A DNA stretch of 64,000 nucleotides from sequence record DRR378314_197, one strand, 5' to 3'. Below are positions 1 through 9,683 of the stretch, in pieces. Under the pieces are notes generated by a model, which worked only from the letters and a program-made list of their open reading frames with translations, ran no database searches and was not told the origin of the DNA. Each line of letters starts with the position of its first letter. Position 1 is the first letter of the stretch. The position numbers and the translations under genes are program-made.

Positions 1-67
1 CGCAGCTTGGTAGCGCACTGTCATGGGGTGTCAGGGGTCGGAGGTTCAAATCCTCTCACGCCGACCA
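1..67 (+). tRNA. tRNA-Pro(GGG), 5' end cut off by the window edge
   Basis: D-arm GCGC/TGGTA, anticodon arm CTGTC-AT-GGG-GT-GTCAG (GGG at 25-27), T-loop GGTTCAAATCC, ends in ACCA at 67; closely resembles enteric proL. Confidence 0.95.
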
Positions 68-95
68 ATTCTTCTAGTGACACTCAATAAAGCAT

Positions 96-1151
96 TCACT
101 GGTTCCATTCTGGTAAGCTAAGTTGCTCTCCCATTTCAGTTGCCACTCGCCAGTAACCTCCTCTGGCAGAACCTTTTCGAATTAATACCCCTTGTTCTTT
201 CAATTTAGAAATGTGTTTTTCTACCGCGCGCGACGAAATATTCAACACTTCAGCGACTCTGGCGGCACTCCATTCGGGTTGCTCATTTAATAGCCTAAGT
301 ACCATGTTTCGTGTGCTCGTGCCCGAATATCGACCTTTACCCGAACCGTTATCCGAACCTAACAGCGAACTTTTTACCGAACTCGATGCCATTTCACTGG
401 AAAAATCATGCGAAATATTCGCTTCTTCCAGCACCTCTGCTTTGTCTTTTTCTTCTTTTACTGTGGTTGAAATACTCTGTTGCAGACAATCCAGAATAAA
501 CTCAACCATAAGACCTCTGTCATTTTCACTAATTGAGCGTCGCAAGCAATCAAGATATTCGTCTTTATTGAATTTAAAGATTTTCTCAAAGCTTAACCAG
601 GCAACTGCCGGATGCCATTTAGCTAAAATAAGGCTAAACCAGAGTCTTCCAACACAACCGTTGGCAACAGAAAACGGCTGAATAAATTCGAACTGCTGTA
701 AGAAAATAGCCGATTTAATTAAAGGGTGTTCGTTGCTTTCGTCTAACCAGGACAATAAACTTCTTACCGACTTACCGGCCTGCCCCGCCGGAGCTGTCAT
801 ATGAACCAGTTTGTTGTTGCGGTAAACGCCCATTCCCGTTGCGCGATAGCTTCCGGCACTGGGGGTTACTGCGGCGCAAATCATCTGGTGAGCGTTTTTA
901 AGATCTGACTCCGAATGTAAATTCCACTCAGACAATTTTTTATAGGCTTCATCTAGACGAATACCCTCCAGCGGTTGTGACTGCTCATCCAGGCCTACCG
1001 ACGCATGAGCTTTAATTGGCAATTGTTGAGACTTAAAATCTTCTAAATTGCTTTTACCGGATTCAAGTAATGCTAACCAACGGCCAAAGTCGGTGCTTAT
1101 TTGCGCCACTAAATTCACGCATTTACTGGTAATCAAATAATCTGCTGCCAT
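96..1151 (-). CDS. Fic/DOC-family protein with C-terminal winged HTH; catalytic motif degenerate
   Basis: Fic context HPLIKSAIF..QFEFIQPFSVANGCVGRLW (canonical HPFxxGNGRxxR); C-terminal HTH SAARVAEVLNISSRAVEKHISKLKEQGVLIRKGSARGGYW. Confidence 0.85.
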   Translation of the reverse strand: MAADYLITSKCVNLVAQISTDFGRWLALLESGKSNLEDFKSQQLPIKAHASVGLDEQSQPLEGIRLDEAYKKLSEWNLHSESDLKNAHQMICAAVTPSAGSYRATGMGVYRNNKLVHMTAPAGQAGKSVRSLLSWLDESNEHPLIKSAIFLQQFEFIQPFSVANGCVGRLWFSLILAKWHPAVAWLSFEKIFKFNKDEYLDCLRRSISENDRGLMVEFILDCLQQSISTTVKEEKDKAEVLEEANISHDFSSEMASSSVKSSLLGSDNGSGKGRYSGTSTRNMVLRLLNEQPEWSAARVAEVLNISSRAVEKHISKLKEQGVLIRKGSARGGYWRVATEMGEQLSLPEWNQ

Positions 1152-1219
1152 TTGTTATTAGTAACCTCTGGGGGTTACTCTCCGTTATTTTGTTAACGCA
1201 TACACTCAGTCTAAAACAC

Positions 1220-1624
1220 TTACACTGTAATATCAGCGAATACCGATTGCAGCCTTGCCACTTCACTTTCTTCCAGCGGAAGCATAGGTTGTTTCCCCCA
1301 GACGGGAGCAGGCCAGGCAACGTCAGTTTGAAACCGCGCTATATGATGAACATGCAACTGCGGAACCTGATTTCCTAAAGCAGCGACATTAAGTTTATCG
1401 GGTTGGTATTCAGCCTTTAGCCAGTGGCATAGAAATCGGCTTTCTTTTAACAACTGCAGTTGATCGTCTTCAGAAAGGTCTATGGCTTCGCGCACGTCTG
1501 CCACTTTAGGAACCAACAAAAACCACGGAAATTGCCTGTCATTCATGACTCGGACTTCGCATAGCGGCCAATCGGTTAAATGATAACTGTCTCTGGCTAA
1601 TTCCGGAGCTAATGTATATTCCAT
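1220..1624 (-). CDS. HIT-family nucleotide hydrolase
   Basis: NVAALGNQVPQLHVHHIARF, PAPVWG. Confidence 0.85.
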   Translation of the reverse strand: MEYTLAPELARDSYHLTDWPLCEVRVMNDRQFPWFLLVPKVADVREAIDLSEDDQLQLLKESRFLCHWLKAEYQPDKLNVAALGNQVPQLHVHHIARFQTDVAWPAPVWGKQPMLPLEESEVARLQSVFADITV

Positions 1625-1627
1625 AAC

Positions 1628-2128
1628 CTACCCTTTTAATAACGTTTCAAGAAACCGTTTAAACAGTGCATTAGTTTGCGGCAAGCTGTCAATTAAACGG
1701 TGGTCATCATTCACCAGGTGTAACTCTGCCCTGGTTCTTTCCGCATAACGCCAACTGTTCTCAACAGGAACAATATCGTCGTTCCAGCCATGAACAATTT
1801 GAGTCTCACAAGGCGGTGTCAGTTCATCAAAATTTGCCTGACCACCTAAGTAAAAGGCCGGAGCCATTAAGAACAGCCCCCGGCTCTTTGTTTTAGCTGC
1901 AGCTACCGTTGCCACGTAACCGCCCATGCTGGAACCGACCAGTAAGAAATTTTCCGTTAGTGCTTCAATATATGTTGTGAGTTTTTCCACGCGCTGATCA
2001 GGATCATCAATACCCTGATAATCGACACTGGTTACGCTAAACCCCAAAGCTTCAGCGGTTTTTGCTAAAACTTTAATTTTGCTGCCCCAGGGGCCGCTCT
2101 CTTTTCCGTGATTAAAAATAACCAGCAT
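1628..2128 (-). CDS. small alpha/beta hydrolase (YqiA/YcfP-like)
   Basis: HG oxyanion motif, GSSMGG nucleophile elbow, HGWNDDIVP, C-terminal DDH. Confidence 0.8.
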   Translation of the reverse strand: MLVIFNHGKESGPWGSKIKVLAKTAEALGFSVTSVDYQGIDDPDQRVEKLTTYIEALTENFLLVGSSMGGYVATVAAAKTKSRGLFLMAPAFYLGGQANFDELTPPCETQIVHGWNDDIVPVENSWRYAERTRAELHLVNDDHRLIDSLPQTNALFKRFLETLLKG

Positions 2129-2243
2129 TTAGCAATTACCTATATTTTGTGCTTAGATAAAACTATCAGATATAACAATTAAGTAACAATGTAAGCTTTT
2201 ATCATGATAGTCAAAACGTTCATTATAAAGAAAGGCGGTTACT

Positions 2244-3086
2244 ATGACCTTTAACAAGCAACTTGTTGCGCTGTACACCGTATTATCTATAGTGGCTCTG
2301 TTTAGCTCAAGCAGCCTTGCCGAGCACGAAGACATTATCTGGGGAGTAAACTCCTCCCCGCCGTTTCATATATTTGATGGTAAATACGAAGAACAAGGCT
2401 TTTGCGATGCTTTAGTCAGCAGCTTTCAGCGCCAGCTACCGGAACTGTCGCACAAGGTCAGAAAGCTTCCCTCCCGCCGTATTACCATGCTTATGAAAAA
2501 GAACAAGAACCTCTGCTTTCCCTGCCTGATTAAAGGAGCAAGTTACAATTCCGAGTTTAATTACACCGACACAACTCACCGGTATCAACCACACGGTATC
2601 ATCACCCGTGCTGACACCGCGGCCAGAATCATTGGAAAGTATGGCCAGCCAGTAGATTTTTCCAGCCTGGTTCAGGACTCAAATTTACGCTTTGCGCAAC
2701 CGGCTGAACGCCGATACGGCCGCCTGCAGCCGCTACTGGAAGAGCACCTTATCGATTCAGATAATTTCAGTTTTATCAGCGGCGACAATGCCCACATCAA
2801 CTTGCTGACTATGATAGTCAACGAGCGTATTGATTACACTATCGATTATGAAATGATTATGACTTACTACAACGAAACAGAATTTAAAAACAGCGGACTG
2901 GTGTTTTTGCCTATTGAAGAGTACGAGGGTGTGGTTATTGAGGGCGCGGTTGGTTGCAGTAATAATGAATGGGGACGTAAAGCTGTGCGACACCTTAATG
3001 AAGTCATCAATGAACTTAAAGCTGATCCGGACTTTCAAAAAAGCCTGGATCAGTGGTTAGGAACTAGTCGCCCAATGGTTGATTAA
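2244..3086 (+). CDS. orphan periplasmic substrate-binding protein (SBP family 3-like)
   Basis: signal peptide, PPFHI, L..MI..RIDY, GCS..WG pattern; no permease next to it. Confidence 0.65.
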   Translation: MTFNKQLVALYTVLSIVALFSSSSLAEHEDIIWGVNSSPPFHIFDGKYEEQGFCDALVSSFQRQLPELSHKVRKLPSRRITMLMKKNKNLCFPCLIKGASYNSEFNYTDTTHRYQPHGIITRADTAARIIGKYGQPVDFSSLVQDSNLRFAQPAERRYGRLQPLLEEHLIDSDNFSFISGDNAHINLLTMIVNERIDYTIDYEMIMTYYNETEFKNSGLVFLPIEEYEGVVIEGAVGCSNNEWGRKAVRHLNEVINELKADPDFQKSLDQWLGTSRPMVD

Positions 3087-3466
3087 GCAAAGCGCTGTTG
3101 TAAATACTGGTTAATGTCATCGGACTCATACATCCACTGTACTTTATCGTCCTGCTCAATGCGCAAGCACGGCACTTTAACTCTGCCGCCGCCATCTAAC
3201 AGCTCTTGTCTGTGCTGCTCATTATTTTTTGCATCTCTTAATTCTATATTTAAATTAAGGCGGGCAATTTCCTTACGTACCTTGACGCAAAAAGGGCAAG
3301 CGGCAAATTGATAAAGAGCCAACGACTTGCAGGCTTCGTCTACCTGTTGCTGAGCCTCATCACTGCGGCTCAGGCCTTTTGGGGTGGTCAATTTTTCGAC
3401 CAGTAAAACAATGGGCGTCAAAATAAGCCGTAGAGTACGAAAAAAGTAACGAATGATAATTCTCAT
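3083..3466 (-). CDS. glutaredoxin-like / GST N-terminal domain protein
   Basis: CPFC, KVPCL, YESDDINQYL. Confidence 0.85.
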   Translation of the reverse strand: MRIIIRYFFRTLRLILTPIVLLVEKLTTPKGLSRSDEAQQQVDEACKSLALYQFAACPFCVKVRKEIARLNLNIELRDAKNNEQHRQELLDGGGRVKVPCLRIEQDDKVQWMYESDDINQYLQQRFA

Positions 3467-3550
3467 AGAAATACAACCAGACTGCCTGTTAAAGATGCAG
3501 CTATTCTAACGTGTTTAAGGTAAAGCGTCAGTCTTTTAACTAAACGCTTT

Positions 3551-4534
3551 TCACTTTCCGTTTAAAGCTTCCGCGGCAATTTCGAACGACCTTAAACGAG
3601 CCTGATGATCAAAGGCATGACAGGTAAGAATAACTTCATCTATACCGGTATCATCAATAAACTGATTAATATGCCGTTGAACTGAATCCTTAGTGCCAAC
3701 CGCCGTATAGGTTAATGCATGATTCGTCCCGGCCAGTTCATGAGGCGCAGCAACCGTTCTTATGTCATCCACCGGTGCTTTTAAAGGCCCGGGTGTACCG
3801 CGCCGCAACGCAATAAACTGTTGTTGCATTGAACTCATCATTTTTCGCGCATCGTTTTCGCTGTCTGCCGCAAAAACGTTCATTGCCGCAGCAACATAAG
3901 GCTTGCTGAGGTAACGCGACGGACGAAAGTTCTCGCGATACGCTTTTAACGCATGCTGCAAATAGTCTGGTGCAAAATGCGATGCAAAGGCATAAGGCAG
4001 ACCTAAATGCGCAGCAAGCTGAGCGCCAAAAGTGCTTGAGCCTAGCAACCACACCGGAATTTTCTGTCCAAACCCGGGCACCGCTTTAATTGGGTCGCTT
4101 TCCTGCGCTTCTTCCAGATAACCTAAAAGCTCCTGAACATCGTTAGGAAACTGCTCGGCGTCGTCGGGTTTACGTCTTAACGCGCGTAAAGTTCGGCCGT
4201 CTGTTCCCGGCGCCCTGCCCAATCCAATATCAACACGCCCGGGATACAAAGCATCCAAGGTGCCAAACTGTTCGGCGACCACAAACGGCGCGTGGTTTGG
4301 TAACATAACACCGCCTGAACCTACCCGAATTTTATCGGTTTTGCCGGCGACATAACCTAAAGCAACCGCCGTTGCGGCCGAGGCAATTCCGGTCATATTG
4401 TGATGTTCAGCCATCCAGAAGCGGTGGTAACCCCACCGCTCTGCATGCTGGGCCAAATCAGCCGAGTTATGCAATGATTCAGCCACAGACCCACCTTCGG
4501 TAATGGGCGCTAAATCAAGAATTGAGTATTTCAT
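3551..4534 (-). CDS. luciferase-like (LLM) flavin-dependent monooxygenase
   Basis: [29 protein letters not shown]. Confidence 0.9.
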   Translation of the reverse strand: MKYSILDLAPITEGGSVAESLHNSADLAQHAERWGYHRFWMAEHHNMTGIASAATAVALGYVAGKTDKIRVGSGGVMLPNHAPFVVAEQFGTLDALYPGRVDIGLGRAPGTDGRTLRALRRKPDDAEQFPNDVQELLGYLEEAQESDPIKAVPGFGQKIPVWLLGSSTFGAQLAAHLGLPYAFASHFAPDYLQHALKAYRENFRPSRYLSKPYVAAAMNVFAADSENDARKMMSSMQQQFIALRRGTPGPLKAPVDDIRTVAAPHELAGTNHALTYTAVGTKDSVQRHINQFIDDTGIDEVILTCHAFDHQARLRSFEIAAEALNGK

Positions 4535-4540
4535 ACTGAA

Positions 4541-5278
4541 TTACAATTCTTGCTTGGTTGGACGAATGATCATTTCATTCACGTCAACTTGCTGAGGTTG
4601 CTCAATTGCAAAGGTAATGGCACGAGCAATAGCCGCAGAATCAATCGCGTCTGAATACAAACTGTCAGCCATTTCTTTCGCGTCTTTGTCACTAATGTGA
4701 TCCGTCAGTTCTGTTGCTACAGCGCCCGGTGAAATATTGGTCGCGCGAATTTCACCATTAGATTCCTGACGAATGCCTTCGGAAATGGCTTTTACCGCAA
4801 ACTTGGTTGCGCAATACACCGTTCCGCCGGCAAAGACTTTCTGACCTGCAACCGATGACAGGTTGATGATATGACCCACATGCTGTTCACGCATAACCGG
4901 TAATACAGCAGCTACGCCATATAGAACACCTTTAATGTTCACATCGATCATGGTGTCCCATTCGTCCACTTTCAGCGCGTCGAGCGGAGCCAATGGCATG
5001 AGTCCGGCGTTATTAATTAAGACATCAATACGACCAAATTCAGCTTTAGTGTCGTCAGCCAGTTTTTGAACTGCGGCTTTGTCGGTTACATCAACCACAC
5101 GGTAAGCTGCCTGACCACCGTCTTTCTTAATTGATTCAGTTAACTCTTTCAAACGATCTTCGCGACGCGCCGCTAACATCAGTTTTGCGCCTTTTGCTGC
5201 AAGCATACGAGCGGTCTCTTCTCCTAAGCCGCTGCTTGCGCCCGTAATAATTACAACTTTATCTTGTACTTCTGACAT
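4541..5278 (-). CDS. short-chain dehydrogenase/reductase
   Basis: TGASSGLG, NNAG, catalytic YCATK. Confidence 0.92.
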   Translation of the reverse strand: MSEVQDKVVIITGASSGLGEETARMLAAKGAKLMLAARREDRLKELTESIKKDGGQAAYRVVDVTDKAAVQKLADDTKAEFGRIDVLINNAGLMPLAPLDALKVDEWDTMIDVNIKGVLYGVAAVLPVMREQHVGHIINLSSVAGQKVFAGGTVYCATKFAVKAISEGIRQESNGEIRATNISPGAVATELTDHISDKDAKEMADSLYSDAIDSAAIARAITFAIEQPQQVDVNEMIIRPTKQEL

Positions 5279-5298
5279 AGCTTTACCTCCGGTTAGTG

Positions 5299-5889
5299 CT
5301 ATTGGTCAACTGCCCCTAACTGCTTTAATATCATCTCTTCAAAACGCAGTAGCGGCAGCATAGAACGCTGAACTTTGGCTCGCAGTAATGCTCCCTGCCA
5401 ACCCGAAAGAATGAAGGCTCCCATCTGTTCGGTGTCAATGCACTGCTGAATTTGCTGTGCGTCCTGTGCAGCTTTTAAACACCGAGCAATACGCTGCTCC
5501 CAGTCAGAAAAAATGTCATCTAACCGTTCGCGAAATAAGTCACTCTGAGATGCCATTTCCTGACCCAGGTTACCTATCAAGCAGCCTTTGGAGAAATCAC
5601 ACGACTTTAAGTCCTCTACCGAGCGACGCAAATAGCTGCGCAAACGATCAACCGGCTCCAACGTCTCGTTAGCCAGAGTTTCGTCCATGCGTGCTTCATA
5701 ATCCTCGGCGTAGGTTTCGATAACAGCCAGGCCAAAATCATTCTTACTTTTGAAGTAATGATAAAAGGAGCCCTTGGGCACCTGCGCCTCGCTCAGAATT
5801 TTATTCAAACCGGTGCTGCCGAACCCATGTATGGATATCAGGTCAGCACCGATTGTTATGATGTTTTGTCGTGTGTCATTCTTAGTCAT
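5299..5889 (-). CDS. TetR/AcrR-family repressor, NemR-like
   Basis: HTH VPKGSFYHYFKSK, GCLIGNL, WQGALL; start moved to ATG 5889 because the ORF-track TTG at 5925 is part of the -35 box. Confidence 0.88.
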   Translation of the reverse strand: MTKNDTRQNIITIGADLISIHGFGSTGLNKILSEAQVPKGSFYHYFKSKNDFGLAVIETYAEDYEARMDETLANETLEPVDRLRSYLRRSVEDLKSCDFSKGCLIGNLGQEMASQSDLFRERLDDIFSDWEQRIARCLKAAQDAQQIQQCIDTEQMGAFILSGWQGALLRAKVQRSMLPLLRFEEMILKQLGAVDQ

Positions 5890-5896
5890 GCGATCT

Positions 5897-5925
5897 ATAT
5901 TAGACCAGTCGTCTAGAAACTTCAA
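5897..5925 (-). promoter_or_regulatory. sigma70 promoter with a NemR-like operator in the spacer
   Basis: TTGAAG(5925-5920)-N17-TAATAT(5902-5897); palindrome TAGAC-CAGTC-GTCTA at 5901-5915. Confidence 0.7.
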
Positions 5926-5945
5926 GATCAGTCTGTTAATTGCAA

Positions 5946-6926
5946 CTATAGGGCTTCAGCAATGGGTTCCGGCCAGACACCGCACTGAACTTTAGCAATG
6001 TGGTCACTTTGTAAAATTTGCATAACCACCCGTGACTGACCTATTCCCCCTCCAATAGTTAAAGGCAATTCACCCGCTAACAAGGACTGATGCCAGGGTA
6101 GCTTGAGCTTTTCCTCCTGTTGGCTAATAGCCAACTGACGCTTTAATGCCTGCTGGTCAACACGTATCCCCATAGAAGAAAGTTCCAGCGCGTCATCTAA
6201 TACCGGATGCCAGACAAGAATATCGCCGTTTAAGCCCGTACTGCCCTGCTCGTTAACCGAACTCCAGTCATCGTAATCCGGCGCTCTTACGTCATGTGCA
6301 TGACCATGACTCAGCTCCCCGCCAATACCGACCAAAAATACTGCGCCATGTTGTTTAACCACTTTGCGCTCACGTTGTTTTGCAGTAAGGTCTGGATAGG
6401 CAGTAATTAAATCCTCTGCATGCACAACCTGTATTTTCTCCGGTAAGGTTCCGGTTCCACCGTGTTGTTCAATATATTGCTGCTCCGTTTGACGCAAAGC
6501 AGCGTAAATACGCTCGACGGTCTGGATCAGAAACGCCAGCGAACGCTGCTCTTCAGTAATGACTTTTTCCCAGTCCCACTGGTCAACGTAAACAGAATGT
6601 ACGGAACTCAAAGCTTCTTCGTCAGGCCGCAAGGCTTTCATCTGGGTAACTATGCCCTCACCTGCACCAAAGCCGTAACGGCCAAGGGTAAAGCGTTTCC
6701 ACTTAGCTAATGAATGAACTACTTCATAATCTTTGTCGGGCACGGCTTTTACTTTAACTGCAACCGCCTTTTCCCAGCCCGACAAATCGTCCTGAACACC
6801 ACTGCCCAACTCACTTAGTAGTGGCGACTGCACTTCAATAAGCCCAAGCTGAAGCTGTAACTGCTGAGTAAAGCCGGCTTTTACGAATTGAATTTTCTGT
6901 TGCTGTAACATGTATTGTGACTTCAT
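5946..6926 (-). CDS. asnA: aspartate-ammonia ligase
   Basis: [40 protein letters not shown]. Confidence 0.97.
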   Translation of the reverse strand: MKSQYMLQQQKIQFVKAGFTQQLQLQLGLIEVQSPLLSELGSGVQDDLSGWEKAVAVKVKAVPDKDYEVVHSLAKWKRFTLGRYGFGAGEGIVTQMKALRPDEEALSSVHSVYVDQWDWEKVITEEQRSLAFLIQTVERIYAALRQTEQQYIEQHGGTGTLPEKIQVVHAEDLITAYPDLTAKQRERKVVKQHGAVFLVGIGGELSHGHAHDVRAPDYDDWSSVNEQGSTGLNGDILVWHPVLDDALELSSMGIRVDQQALKRQLAISQQEEKLKLPWHQSLLAGELPLTIGGGIGQSRVVMQILQSDHIAKVQCGVWPEPIAEAL

Positions 6927-7076
6927 AAATACTCCGAATCGTTAATAAAAGAATAGAAACACAATTCAATTAATACCTTTTAGAACTATTTATTCAATAA
7001 CGTTTAACAAAAATAGCTTTACTTATTATTTTCCGTTAATTTATACCTAACTTAATTAACGAAGCTTTAATAAAAC

Positions 7077-7547
7077 ATGAAAAAATCACCTGAAAATTAT
7101 CAAATCGATGATCTGGACCGTTCCATACTAAGAACTCTGATGGAAGACGCACGTATTCCTTACGCTGAGCTGGCCAAACGCTATAAGGTGAGTCCGGCCA
7201 CTATTCACGTACGGGTTGAAAAAATGAAGCGTGCCGGGATTATTGAGGGTACGCGTTTACAGGTTAACGCCAAACGCTTAGGCTACGATGTCTGTTGTTT
7301 CATTGGCATTACGCTGAAAAGCGCGGGTGACTACCCGGCCGCAATTGAAAAACTGGAAAAGCTCGAAGAAGTTATTGAGGCTTACTACACCACCGGTCAG
7401 TACAACGTCTTTATTAAAATTATGACACCGTCAATAAACGAGCTACAACACACGCTAATCAATCGAATTCAGGCTATTGATGAAATACAATCGACAGAAA
7501 CGCTTATATCATTACAGCAACCCATTAACAGAGACATACAGCCATGA
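7077..7547 (+). CDS. asnC: Lrp-family regulator AsnC
   Basis: [32 protein letters not shown]; divergent from asnA. Confidence 0.95.
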   Translation: MKKSPENYQIDDLDRSILRTLMEDARIPYAELAKRYKVSPATIHVRVEKMKRAGIIEGTRLQVNAKRLGYDVCCFIGITLKSAGDYPAAIEKLEKLEEVIEAYYTTGQYNVFIKIMTPSINELQHTLINRIQAIDEIQSTETLISLQQPINRDIQP

Positions 7548-8584
7548 GTCAGGACGTTAAACTAACAGAATACAGTCACGGTGCCGGTTGTGGCTGTAAA
7601 ATATCACCCCAGGTTCTGTCGACCATATTACAGAGCAAACTGGATATAGCACCCGATCCTAAACTGCTGGTGGGGAACAGCACCCGTGACGATGCTGCCG
7701 CCTATGACTTAGGCAACGGTCAGGTTGTATTAAGTACTACCGACTTCTTTATGCCAATTTGTGATGACCCTTTCGACTTTGGCCGCATAGCTGCAACAAA
7801 CGCTATTAGCGACATCTATGCTATGGGCGGTCAGCCTATAATGGCTATCGCTATTTTCGGCTGGCCAATTAACAAACTACCCGCGGAAGTGGCGCAGCAA
7901 GTTATTGATGGTGGTCGACAAGCCTGTGCTGACGCGGGCATTATGCTTGCCGGCGGACACAGTATTGATGCACCAGAGCCAATTTTCGGGCTAGCAGTCA
8001 CCGGTCAGGTAGAAAAACAAAAACTCAAACAAAACGATACGGCCCGGGAAGGCGATGTATTAATGCTAACCAAACCTTTAGGGGTTGGTATTTTAACTAC
8101 GGCACAAAAACAGAAAAAACTGTTGCCCGAGCATAGCGGAATTGCGATAGAGACCATGTGCCAGCTGAATCGAATTGGCAGCGTCTTTGCAGATATTAAA
8201 GGCATTAACGCCATGACAGACGTGACCGGATTCGGTTTAGCCGGACACTTGATTGAAATGGCTGAAGGTGCCGACCTTTATGCAAAAATACAGTTCGATA
8301 CAATCCCGACCTTGCCCCACGTACATGACTACCTCAATCAAGGCTGTGTTCCCGGAGGCAGCTTGCGCAACTTCGAGAGCTACGGTCAGCATATCAGCCC
8401 GGTACCTGAGCAACAGCGTAACCTTTTATGTGACCCGCAAACTTCCGGCGGCTTACTCATTAGTGTGGCAAAAGAAGACGTTGAAGCCGTTTATCAAACC
8501 TGTCGCGAACATAATCAATCAATTCAGATTATTGGTGAGCTCTATACTGCTGAAACGCAAACATACCGAGTGGTCGTTGAATAA
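7544..8584 (+). CDS. selD: selenide, water dikinase (Cys form)
   Basis: [46 protein letters not shown]. Confidence 0.97.
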   Translation: MSQDVKLTEYSHGAGCGCKISPQVLSTILQSKLDIAPDPKLLVGNSTRDDAAAYDLGNGQVVLSTTDFFMPICDDPFDFGRIAATNAISDIYAMGGQPIMAIAIFGWPINKLPAEVAQQVIDGGRQACADAGIMLAGGHSIDAPEPIFGLAVTGQVEKQKLKQNDTAREGDVLMLTKPLGVGILTTAQKQKKLLPEHSGIAIETMCQLNRIGSVFADIKGINAMTDVTGFGLAGHLIEMAEGADLYAKIQFDTIPTLPHVHDYLNQGCVPGGSLRNFESYGQHISPVPEQQRNLLCDPQTSGGLLISVAKEDVEAVYQTCREHNQSIQIIGELYTAETQTYRVVVE

Positions 8585-9589
8585 ATGTCTGGTAAATGGA
8601 TAACCCACTCACAATTTGATCAACTGTTTATTAACGATACCCCCTTGCTGGATTTAAGAGCTCCGGCGGAATTTAAAAAAGGCGCTTTTAGTACCGCGGT
8701 GAACCAACCTCTAATGACAGACAACGAGCGCGCTAAAGTGGGTACTTGTTATAAACAGCACGGTCAGGATGCCGCTATTGCGCTGGGACACGAGCTGGTC
8801 AGCGGAGAAACAAAACAACAAAGAATTAGCGCCTGGAAAAGTTTTTTCAATACACATCCAGATGGTCTGATTTATTGTTTCCGGGGCGGTTTACGATCAC
8901 AAATAGTACAACAGTGGTTAAATGATGAAGGCGTTGCCCGACCTCGTATTGAGGGAGGTTATAAAGCACTCAGACAACACCTGATTCAGCGCACGCAAGA
9001 GCTTGTCTCCGAGTTTAACTGGATTGTAGTAAGCGGCCGCACCGGCTGTCAGAAAACAGAGTTTATTAAGAATCAGCCGAACTCAATTGACTTAGAAGGC
9101 TTAGCCCACCACAGAGGGTCCGCATTCGGCCGTTACCCCGAGCCTCAACCCACCCAGATTGACTTTGAAAACCAATTAGCCGTTGAACTGATAAAACTTA
9201 AGGCTCATGGCGCGACCACCCTCTTTATTGAGGACGAAGGCAGCCATATTGGCTCGGTTTCCGTTCCTGAATGCCTGCGCCACGCCACTCAAAAAGCTGA
9301 GCGTCACCCTATTAAAGCAAGTATAGAGCAACGTGTAGAAGTCATTTACCAGGAATATGTTGTAGCAGCCCAAGGGCTTTATCCGTCACGTGAGCAGTTT
9401 GAAAATTATCTAATCGACAGTTTAGCCCGAACCCGCAAGCGGCTCGGTGACCTCCGCTTTCGCCAACTGTTCGGTATATTGCAACAAGCGTTAAACCGTG
9501 ACAGCGCAGAACTGCATAAACAGTGGATAGAAGGCTTACTGGTTGACTACTACGACCCCATGTACGACTACCAAATGAAAAAGCGATAA
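8585..9589 (+). CDS. mnmH: tRNA 2-selenouridine synthase
   Basis: rhodanese YCFRGGLRS, GGYKALR, DLEGLAHHRGSAFG, YYDPMYDYQ; abuts selD. Confidence 0.95.
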   Translation: MSGKWITHSQFDQLFINDTPLLDLRAPAEFKKGAFSTAVNQPLMTDNERAKVGTCYKQHGQDAAIALGHELVSGETKQQRISAWKSFFNTHPDGLIYCFRGGLRSQIVQQWLNDEGVARPRIEGGYKALRQHLIQRTQELVSEFNWIVVSGRTGCQKTEFIKNQPNSIDLEGLAHHRGSAFGRYPEPQPTQIDFENQLAVELIKLKAHGATTLFIEDEGSHIGSVSVPECLRHATQKAERHPIKASIEQRVEVIYQEYVVAAQGLYPSREQFENYLIDSLARTRKRLGDLRFRQLFGILQQALNRDSAELHKQWIEGLLVDYYDPMYDYQMKKR

Positions 9590-9683
9590 GCATCGCTAAA
9601 AATCTGCGACCCGCCGAAAACAACAGTCAATGCGTTAAGCTTTTGTTATGGTATTGGCATAATTACACCAAGGGGATCTATCT

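Noticed and set aside
1-1151. Genomic island integrated at tRNA-Pro carrying the fic gene
   Set aside because: No integrase, and I saw no duplicate of the tRNA 3' end in the window; the downstream genes look like core genome.
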